A stretch of DNA of 64,000 nucleotides from NCBI GenBank assembly GCA_964016885.1, contig OZ024748.1, forward strand, positions 33,294,001 through 33,358,000, read 5' to 3'. The notes under the pieces were generated by a model. It was not told where the DNA came from and ran no database searches. It saw only the letters and a program-made list of their open reading frames with translations. The position numbers were made by a program, and so were the translations under genes. The first letter of the stretch is position 1. Each line of letters begins with the position of its first letter. Positions 13,962 through 29,809 of the stretch are shown here, one piece after another. Source of the DNA: Eledone cirrhosa. Its lineage: Eukaryota.

Positions 13962-14115
13962 TTCATTATTTCTGAAGACGGCGTATATATGTGTTGGTAT
14001 GTATATTTAATCTTGATAGTTTGTATAATTTTGTATAATTTTGTACATAGATCTGTTGAATATGCATGCCAATTCTAACACATATATATCCTAGAAACGA
14101 TCGTTAAATAATGAA
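13962..14115 (+). ncRNA. Type I hammerhead ribozyme with 115-nt stem II (family B), right arm
   Basis: Perfect 10-bp stem I TTCATTATTT/AAATAATGAA; core CTGAAGA(13972-78); long stem II (TATATATGTGTTGG/CTAACACATATATA; GTATGTATATTTAA/TTGAATATGCATGC); GAAA(14094-97); palindromic stem III CGATCG; GUU site ending 14105. Confidence 0.78.
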
Positions 14116-14503
14116 CTTTTTTTGTTTAATATAAGGAACTGTTTCATTGTTTTATTCATTATTTGTTTAATATTTTATCTTGACTCTGTATACCGTTTAT
14201 CTTTCACCGAAAGTGATTTTCATTACATCTCTTCTTTCCATGATATCCAGAATACATTGAGTTCTTCATACGGATTGGACACTACCGTAAAACTCTTGGT
14301 AGATTTATCTACATATATATATATATATATATATGTATATGTATATATATATAGCGGTAATTTACTTCCTCATTTTTTTAATCAGTTTGAGCATTTCTTT
14401 AGAACTGCTGGACTACCAACCTGACAGATATCTCAGGCACTGATGACGATTATCGCTAAATACTGATGTTGGTTAGATTATCAATATTAGTATTATTGGG
14501 GCA

Positions 14504-14630
14504 CCCACTGATGAATTATAGGAGCCCACTTGAATATATATCTATTGATGGTATACAAGCTCCTACATAATTTGGTATAATTTCACCCAAATTGTAGGAA
14601 TCCTATAATGAAACGAGACGTCCGCCTGGG
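14504..14630 (+). ncRNA. Hammerhead family C, copy 1 (cleavage triplet mutated GTC to GCC)
   Basis: CCCA-CTGATGA-ATTATAGGA...TCCTATAAT-GAAA-CGAGACGTCCG-CC-TGGG; U16.1 is replaced by C. Confidence 0.65.
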
Positions 14631-15201
14631 AAGAGATATATTCGATATGTCCTCATATGAAATAATACAGCCAATGTTCCCCGTAATACTTTTAGTTAGC
14701 ACCCCGAACGCTTAATTATGAATATAATCACTTATTTCCTAATATTTGTTGAGTGAGTTGGAATTTGGCCGGAGTATCGCTAAAAAATTTTCTCCGATAT
14801 TGTATTTTATTTATTTACTCTTGGTGCAACAGATTTGAAATTCCCGGTAAAAGGTTAGACTTTCTTTGTTTATTTTTTTATATATGAATATTGATTGTTC
14901 CTATATCTCATTCTGTTATTTTGCCCGAGAAAATATATGTGTATGCCATCAAACGTTGTACACACAGATATTTTTTCAATTTCCAATTGAGTTCTAGCAC
15001 GTGGCCTGAATTCCTTTTAGAGTTCATTGTCATGCGCATGTATTGTTTTTTTTGCGGTAATTTACTTCCTCATTTTTTAATCAGTTTGAGCATTTCTTTA
15101 GAACTGCTGGACTAGCAACCTGACAGATACCTCAGGCATGATGATGATTATCGCTAAATATTGATGTTGGTTAGATTATCAATATTAGTATTATTGGGGC
15201 A

Positions 15202-15328
15202 CCCACTGATGAATTATAGGAGCTCACTTGAATATATATCTATTGATGGTATACAAGCTCCTACATAAATTGGTATAATTTCACCCAAATTGTAGGAATC
15301 CTATAATGAAACGAGACGTCCGTCTGGG
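15202..15328 (+). ncRNA. Hammerhead family C, copy 2 (canonical core, branched 95-nt stem II)
   Basis: Stem I CCCA/TGGG; CTGATGA(15206-12); stem II closed by a perfect 9 bp ATTATAGGA/TCCTATAAT with two inner hairpins; GAAA(15308-11); stem III CG(A)GACGTCCG; GUC site ending 15324. Confidence 0.8.
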
Positions 15329-15520
15329 AAGAGATTTATTCGATATGTCTCATATGAAATAATACAGCCAATTTTCCACGCAATACTTTTAGTTAGCACT
15401 CCGAACGCTTAATTAGGAATATAATCACTTCTTTCCTAATGTTTGTTGAGGTGAGTTGGAATTTGGCCAGAGTATCGCTTAAAAAGCTTTCTCCAATATT
15501 GTATTTATTATATATATATA

Positions 15521-15550
15521 TACTAGCAGAATGGGCCGACGTTGCTCGGG
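15521..15550 (-). mobile_element. Helitron-like 3' terminus fragment
   Basis: Minus strand reads CCCGAGCAACGTCGG (hairpin)...CTGCTAGTA, similar to the terminus at 58426. Confidence 0.4.
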
Positions 15551-15664
15551 ATTTGCCCTAGGGTTCTTATATATTTGATATATATTTATCCTTATCGAGC
15601 CCTCGTCAAATAAATACGTTTGTTTATGTGTTGTTACTGTGTATGCAAAAATATCTGTATACGA

Positions 15665-20840
<5,176 letters not shown>

Positions 20841-22752
20841 GTGTTCTTTTCATTTGCAAAAAACACAAGTGTTCTTTTCATTTGCAAAAAAACACAAAAT
20901 CACTGGCTCTACTGTTGGCCCTCTAATTGATGAAAATGGCACTCTTCAAGACAATGCTAAAACCATGGGTGAGATACTGCAGAAACAATACTGCTCTGTT
21001 TTCAGCAATCCTGATATGGCCGATCTGGGCTGTATCGGCGATGTTACTCCCCATTACACCTTATCGGACATAACGTTTGGCGCCCCTGATGTCTTGGCGG
21101 CAATAAAGGAAATCAAACATAATTCAGCAGTAGGTCCCGATAGGTTCCCTGCTTGTGTCTTGAAGGCGTGTCAACACCAACTTGCTTCTCCTCTTGCCAA
21201 TCTGTGGCGGAACTCACTGGATGCTGGATATGTGCCAGAAAACCTTCTATCCCAGTCTGTTGTCCCAGTTTTCAAAAAGGGAAACAAATCCCTTGCCGTG
21301 AATTACCGTCCAATCTCACTCACCTCTCATATCATTAAGGTATTTGAGCGAGTGGTGAGATCGCGAATGACCCACTTCCTTGAGAGTAACAATATGCTGA
21401 ACTCCAACCAGCATGGATTCCGTAATGGAAGGGATTGCCTGACGCAACTACTGCATCACTTTGATGACATTTTGAGAGCCTTGGGAGAGGGTTCCAACAC
21501 TGATGTTATCTACCTTGATTTCAGCAAGGCCTTTGACAGGGTTGATCATAACATTCTACTGAGAAAGCTGTCCAATATTGGTGTCACTGGAAAGCTGCTG
21601 CAGTGGATCAAGAGCTTCCTGTCAAACAGAACCCAACATGTTGTAGTTGAGGGAGTCAAATCAAGCCCAGCCAAAGTCAGTAGTGGAGTCCCACAAGGCA
21701 CTGTGTTGGGCCCACTTCTCTTCATCATCTATATTAATGACATCACTGACATCATCAAACACAGCAACATTAAAATTTTCGCTGATGATTCCAAGCTCCA
21801 AAAGGTCATCAATGGCGTGGATGACCGGATAAGCCTTCAGTCAGACCTACTGGCTGTTACCCAATGGGCAGAAAAGAACAACATGTTACTGAACGAAGAC
21901 AAATTCGAACTGATCCACTTTGGAAAAGAGGATGCTCTGAAACTCCCGTACTCCCTTCCCTCCGGGGAAACTCTCGTGGCATCTAACAACATCAGAGACT
22001 TGGGAGTAACCGTGGACAGCAACATAAGCTGGACCACGCATATAAGCAGCAAAGTTGACATGGCCCGCAGAATGTGTTCCTGGATCCTCAGAACCTTCCA
22101 GTCGAGAGATTCCCGCACCATTATCCTTCTCTTCTCTACTTTCGCCCGACCACACCTTGAATACTGTTGTCCACTGTGGTCTCCCCACACGAAACAAAGT
22201 ATCATGAAACTTGAAGCTCCTCAAAGGGCAATCACGAAAAAGATAGATGGCATGTCAGACCTTGACTACTGGGGTCGATTGGAAAACCTGAAACTTTACT
22301 CACTCCAACGTCGCCGTGAGCGTTATATTATCTGCATGATGTGGAAAATGTTCCATCATCACTGCCCAAATGATGTTGGCATCGCCTTCAAGATACACCC
22401 AAGGCTTGGGCCCCGTGCTATCCGTCCCATTCAAAAATCTAAATCGCAACTCATAACAACAATACGGCACAATTATTTCACCTCAATCGGCCCTGCTCTC
22501 TTCAACATCACACCAGGACACGTCAAAACAGAAACTGACCACACAAGATTCAAGAAGTCTTTGGACAAATTCCTCCAAGTAATCCCGGACAAACCACCCA
22601 CACCCGGATATGTCTCCGCAAACAGTAATTCTCTTCTCGAATGGGCCATGGTGCCCAAATCCTGAATTGAAAGACTTCGCCAGGTGGTGCTATTAAGTTA
22701 GACATGGCCTGGGCCAATACTGGCCAAAACATTTCAAAGTTATTCAAAGTTA
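20841..22752 (+). mobile_element. 5'-truncated CR1/L2-group LINE with open RT reading frame (20839-22665)
   Basis: [58 protein letters not shown]. Short 3' UTR ending in TTCAAAGTTA repeats; ~28 bp duplication at the 5' junction; no endonuclease domain. Confidence 0.9.
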
Positions 22753-22817
22753 TATACATATATATATACATACATATATATATATATATATACATATATA
22801 TATACATATATATATAC

Positions 22818-22848
<31 letters not shown>

Positions 22849-23021
22849 CATATATATATACATATATATATATATACATATATATATATACATATATATA
22901 TATATACATATATATATATACATATATATATATACATATATATATATACATATATATATATACATATATATATATACATATATATATATATACATATATA
23001 TATATACATATATATATATAC

Positions 23022-23068
<47 letters not shown>

Positions 23069-23182
23069 CATATATATATACATATATATATACATATATA
23101 TATATACATATATATATATATGTATATATATATATATGTATATATATATGTATATATATATGTATATATATGTATATATATG

Positions 23183-23215
<33 letters not shown>

Positions 23216-23216
23216 G

Positions 23217-23263
<47 letters not shown>

Positions 23264-23284
23264 GTATATATATGTATATATATG

Positions 23285-23380
<96 letters not shown>

Positions 23381-23381
<1 letters not shown>

Positions 23382-23677
23382 GTACAGGATGATTCTTAAC
23401 AGGATCCAGCCTGAGATAGAGAAGAAGCTCAGGGACAATCAGAACGGCTTCAGAGAGGGTAGATCAACCACCAGTCACATCCTGATGCTGAGGAGGATAT
23501 TAGAGGGAGCTAGAGCAAAGTGCCTTCCTGCGGTCATGGTTTTCATTGACTTTAGGAAGGCCTTTGATTCTGTGGACCGTTACTGCCTGATGAAGATCTT
23601 ACAGGCTTATGGAATCCCCAAGAGGATAGTGGATCTGATATCACTGCTCTACACCAACACCAAAGCCCAAGTCATTA
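23381..23677 (+). pseudogene. Isolated internal non-LTR RT fragment (RTE/L2-like)
   Basis: [27 protein letters not shown]...[13 protein letters not shown]...YGIP, embedded in (TA)n. Confidence 0.85.
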
Positions 23678-24132
23678 CATATATATATATACATATATAT
23701 ATATACATATATATATACATATATATATATACATATATATATATACATATATATATATACATATATATATATACATATATATATATACATATATATATAT
23801 ACATATACATATATATATATACATATATATATATACATATATATATATACATATATATATATACATATACATATATATATATACATATATATATATACAT
23901 ATATATATATACATATATATATATACATATATATATATACATATATATACATATATATATATACATATATATATATACATATATATATATACATATATAT
24001 ATATACATATATATACATATATATATATACATATATATATATACATATATATATATACATATATATATATACATATACATATATACATATACATATATAT
24101 ATATACATATATATATACATATATATATATAC

Positions 24133-24175
<43 letters not shown>

Positions 24176-24231
24176 GTATATATATACATATATATATACA
24201 TATATATATATATATACATATTTATATATAC

Positions 24232-24392
<161 letters not shown>

Positions 24393-24429
24393 TATATACA
24401 TATATATATATATACATATATACATATAT

Positions 24430-24466
<37 letters not shown>

Positions 24467-24471
24467 TATAC

Positions 24472-24560
<89 letters not shown>

Positions 24561-24869
24561 TATACATATATATACATATACATATATATATACATATATA
24601 ATATAAGATCAAAAGATGGTTAAAGGAGTTCAATATATTTTATTATGCGCATTTCAAAACAAACATCATCAAACAATAATATTTGTGTTTTCATCAGATA
24701 AAACAGGAGAACATGATATGAAGGCTAAAAAAACACTTGTTGATAGTGCAGTTTTAAATCAACATATCATATTGCTTTATTGTACTACAATAAAACTCAC
24801 CTCCTACATATATACATATATATATATATACATATATATACATATATATATATACATATATATATATAC

Positions 24870-24902
<33 letters not shown>

Positions 24903-24936
24903 CATACATATATATATATATATATACATACATATT

Positions 24937-24996
<60 letters not shown>

Positions 24997-25002
24997 CATA
25001 TT

Positions 25003-25232
<230 letters not shown>

Positions 25233-25242
25233 TAATATATAT

Positions 25243-25310
<68 letters not shown>

Positions 25311-25314
<4 letters not shown>

Positions 25315-25407
25315 AAATTTCGCTTGTGTTGGCATGCGAACAGAACTGCATGAGGGGTGATACCTAGAAACATTAGTGTCTGCAGTTCTGTTTACATGCC
25401 AACACAA
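25311..25407 (+). ncRNA. Hammerhead family D remnant (core CTGA deleted)
   Basis: Long stem I TTGTGTTGGCATG..AACAGAACTGCA/TGCAGTTCTGTT..CATGCCAACACAA; the core reads only TGA; GGGT-GAT-ACCT; GAAA; CATTAGTG; TC. Homologous to the copy with an intact core at 57880. Confidence 0.6.
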
Positions 25408-25420
25408 TATATATATATAC

Positions 25421-25451
<31 letters not shown>

Positions 25452-25806
25452 CATATATATATACATATATATATATATACATATATATATATACATATAT
25501 ATATATACATATATATATATATACATATATATATACATATATATATAATACATATATATATATATTACATATATATATACATATATATATATATACATAT
25601 ATATATACATATATATATATACATATATATATACATATATATATACATATATACATATATATATATATACATATATATATTTACATATATATATATTTAC
25701 ATATATATATATTTACATATATATATATTTACATATATATATATATACATATATATATATACATATATATATATATACATATATATATACACATATATAT
25801 ATATAC

Positions 25807-25853
<47 letters not shown>

Positions 25854-26069
25854 CATATATATATACATATATATATATATACATATATATACATATATAT
25901 ATATATATACATATATATACATATATATACACATATATATATATACATATATATACACACATATTATATATACATATATATACATATATATATATATATA
26001 CATATATATACATATATATATATATACATATATATACATATATATATATATACATATATATACATATAC

Positions 26070-26100
<31 letters not shown>

Positions 26101-26146
26101 CATATATATATATACATATATATATATACATATATTATATATATAC

Positions 26147-26177
<31 letters not shown>

Positions 26178-26295
26178 CTATATATATATATACATACATA
26201 TATATACATATATATACATATATATATATATACATATATATACATATATATACACATATATATATATACATATACATATATATACATATATATAC

Positions 26296-26335
<40 letters not shown>

Positions 26336-26434
26336 GAAGTAATTCCGTCGGAAAAGTCCAGGAAAAAAGAGTGCTCTATGTAAGCAACAGAGCTTAATTA
26401 TTATTATTATGTAATAAACAACATAAGGCAATTA

Positions 26435-26494
26435 TTCCATTTACCAGTGGTTTCTTAAAAGCAAAAGGTTTTGCTTTCAATCCTCAGAATGAAA
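26435..26494 (-). ncRNA. Type I hammerhead family E
   Basis: Reverse complement of 29351-29410. Confidence 0.82.
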
Positions 26495-26694
26495 AATCCT
26501 GGTTTGTTTATTGAATATGGATTCTAAAAACAAAAATGCAATCTATATGAAAGTGAGGCTGGAAAAGGGAGAAGGAAAGGAAAAATAAAATAAAATTAAA
26601 ACTACACATGCAAACACACACAAAAAAACACAAAAGCATACTTACACACACACACATATATACACATAATTTGCACGCATACACATATACACAT

Positions 26695-26741
<47 letters not shown>

Positions 26742-26803
26742 GAGCGTACACCTACACACACACATACACATATATACACACATATACACATACATATATT
26801 CAT

Positions 26804-26848
<45 letters not shown>

Positions 26849-26870
26849 TATATATACACATGTACATATC

Positions 26871-26908
<38 letters not shown>

Positions 26909-27356
26909 CATATACACATATATACACATATACATACACACACACACACACACACATGTGTGTGTACAAGCCTACACATACACACACACATATATATACA
27001 CACACATATACATACATTCACACAAACATACAACGTACATACATACACATACATGAATGCACTCCACTACATATTAACACACGCAAATAAATATAAGAAA
27101 AAAAAAATATAAATAATATTAACAAATATTTGACAGCGATACATGCCCCAGCTAACAGGACAGACACGCGTGGTAAGTAATACACACATAAGCACATATA
27201 CATACGTTCGAAATAGTAAACACATACACACACTCTCACACATAAATATACATATACAAATACATAAACACGTACATACACATACATACGCAAACACGTA
27301 CACGTATACAATATAAACACACACATGTATATGTAATTATATACACACACACACAC

Positions 27357-27388
<32 letters not shown>

Positions 27389-27664
27389 ATACAAAAATAT
27401 AAAAATAAAAATATAAACGCACACACACATATAAATACGTAAACACACATATACATACATAGCTAAACAATTATACACATGCAAATACGTATATATCAAA
27501 AGAACGCACAACCAAATACAAACACACACACATATATACACACACACACACCCACACACAAACCCACACATACATAAAAATAAATAAAAACACACGCAAC
27601 ATATACATACATACACATACATATACATATATACATATATACATATACATATATATATATACAC

Positions 27665-27722
<58 letters not shown>

Positions 27723-27846
27723 ACGTACACATACACACACACATATACATGTGTGTATGTGTAAAGCTCAGTATTAGATAAGACAAATGAACCTTACATA
27801 AACGTATATATAGTAGTAAAGTAATAAAGCCATACAAGGCAATTAA

Positions 27847-27905
27847 TCCATTCACCAGAGGTTTCTTAAAAGCAAAAAAAGTTTCCTTCAATCTTCAGAA
27901 TGAAA
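27847..27905 (-). ncRNA. Diverged hammerhead family E
   Basis: TTTCATT-CTGAAGA-TTGAAGGAAAC..GCTTTTAA-GAAA-CCTCTGG-TG-AATGGA; the GUG site is non-canonical. Confidence 0.6.
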
Positions 27906-28009
27906 GAAAGCCCTGGTTTATCCACATATACATACATATACACACACAAATATACAAATATATACACACATACAGACACGCACACACATATATATATATA
28001 TATATACAC

Positions 28010-28043
<34 letters not shown>

Positions 28044-28335
28044 AGACATATATACATACACATATATACACATACATACACATACATACATACATACACA
28101 TATATATACATACACAAACATATACGTACACATATACATATATACACACAAAAATACATACACATACACATAGGTATGTGAAGGGCAAAACAAAAAGAAT
28201 ATATGGGGGGGGGCTAAGAGGAGGTAAAAATATAAGGGGAGGTAAGGGAGAAAAATTTTTTTTTTAAATCAAGAGTACAGAAGGTAGAAGCAGCAAAATA
28301 AAAGCCGTAGCGAAAGTAAAGAGCAGAGAAGGAGT

Positions 28336-28632
28336 TCAAGGCGGTTGATTTATCGTAGGAGTGTCAATCCAGTTACAGATCAGATGCGATTTCAGATGAG
28401 GACAGCATCTGAAGATCTCAGTCTTAGAGTTAAGGCAAGCGGAAGTGTCTCTCAAGTTTAGCAAAATCCTATACTTTTCTGTGGTACACAAAGAACAATT
28501 CTTTGTGCCCCTTTAGTACTCCCTCGAATGGTCTAATATAGACCAATCAATAGAGTACGGGATATTACTATCCTTGAGATCCCATACCTTACTTGCGAGG
28601 GCCGTTGATGTTCGTTAATCTGAGTGTTTCGA
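28336..28632 (-). pseudogene. Penelope-like GIY-YIG C-terminal remnant (absent from the ORF track)
   Basis: Manual translation gives RTSTALASKVWDLKDSNIPYSIDWSILDHSREY*RGTKNCSLCTTEKYRILL...LNSKTEIFRCCPH, which aligns with the ORF 1828-3981 C-terminus (TTLSGHIWDLKDNNITYDLTW...CNLCSEE...LLNKKDELVTACKH). Confidence 0.85.
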
Positions 28633-28931
28633 ACGTATGTATATGTGCTTATGTGTGTATTACTTACTACGCGTGTCTGTCCTGTTAGCTGGGGCATGTA
28701 TCGCTGTCAAATATTTGTTAATATTATTTATATTTTTTTTTTCTTATATTTATTTGCGTGTGTTAATATGTAGTGGAGTGCATTCATGTATGTGTATGTA
28801 TGTACGTTGTATGTTTGTGTGAATGTATGTATATGTGTGTGTATATATATGTGTGTGTGTATGTGTAGGCTTGTACACACACATGTGTGTGTGTGTGTGT
28901 GTGTATGTATATGTGTATATATGTGTATATG

Positions 28932-28967
<36 letters not shown>

Positions 28968-28989
28968 GATATGTACATGTGTATATATA

Positions 28990-29034
<45 letters not shown>

Positions 29035-29096
29035 ATGAATATATGTATGTGTATATGTGTGTATATATGTGTATGTGTGTGTGTAGGTGTACGCTC

Positions 29097-29151
<55 letters not shown>

Positions 29152-29350
29152 ATGTGTATATGTGTATGCGTGCAAATTATGTGTATATATGTGTGTGTGT
29201 GTAAGTATGCTTTTGTGTTTTTTTGTGTGTGTTTGCATGTGTAGTTTTATTTTATTTTATTTTTCCTTTCCTTCTCCCTTTTCCAGCCTCACTTTCATAT
29301 AGATTGCATTTTTGTTTTTAGAATCCATATTCAATAAACAAACCAGGATT

Positions 29351-29410
29351 TTTCATTCTGAGGATTGAAAGCAAAACCTTTTGCTTTTAAGAAACCACTG
29401 GTAAATGGAA
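29351..29410 (+). ncRNA. Type I hammerhead family E, canonical
   Basis: Stem I TTTCATT/AATGGAA; CTGAGGA(29358-64); stem II TTGAAAGCAAAA/TTTTGCTTTTAA; GAAA(29391-94); stem III CCACTGG; GUA site ending 29403. Confidence 0.85.
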
Positions 29411-29443
29411 TAATTGCCTTATGTTGTTTATTACATAATAATA

Positions 29444-29494
<51 letters not shown>

Positions 29495-29533
29495 CATACA
29501 TATATATATATATACATACATATATATATATAT

Positions 29534-29597
<64 letters not shown>

Positions 29598-29601
<4 letters not shown>

Positions 29602-29809
29602 AAATTTCGCTTGTGTTGGCATGCGAACGGAACTGCATGAGGGGTGATACCTAGAAACATTAGTGTCTGCAGTTCTGTTTACATGCCAACACAAGAGCAA
29701 GAATGAAGTGTTCATTCTACTGACATGGCTATAAAATTGAGGCTTGTTGCATAATTGCAAATGAATCGAATGTTATTATTAATATTTGAAAAACTCAGAT
29801 TACATTTAT
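29598..29809 (+). mobile_element. Family D hammerhead-bearing short element (core-deleted copy) with downstream tail
   Basis: Nearly identical to 25311-25407 and shares ~115 bp of downstream sequence with 57962-58080; flanked by (TA)n. Confidence 0.6.

Larger units (their letters stand above)
6721..14178. mobile_element. Large inverted repeat (arms 6721-10000 and 10859-14178), non-coding and microsatellite-rich, with a hammerhead near each outer end
   Basis: The arms are near-identical reverse complements (mirrored ORFs in the track, e.g. 8929..9486- and 11372..11935+) with an ~860 bp AT-rich spacer. No protein-like ORF. Confidence 0.85.
14354..15506 (+). mobile_element. Non-coding ~700-bp-period tandem element (two ~450 bp direct repeats, each with a hammerhead); retrozyme-like or tandem pseudo-LTR
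   Basis: 14354-~14805 is repeated at 15054-15506 and both sides are flanked by (TA)n. Many G.U-containing hairpins; no meaningful ORF. Confidence 0.75.
26400..29445 (-). mobile_element. Decayed Penelope-like element: EN C-terminus, microsatellite-filled 3' region with two tandem hammerheads, and an inverted partial copy
   Basis: 26400-27213 is mirrored at 28627-29445. PLE protein remnant at 28336-28632(-). Hammerheads at 26435, 27847 and 29351. Confidence 0.82.

Noticed and set aside
14431-14460. Second CTGATGA upstream of the family C hammerhead
   Set aside because: Not conserved in copy 2 and no stem II registers with GAAA; the inner core gives a complete fold.
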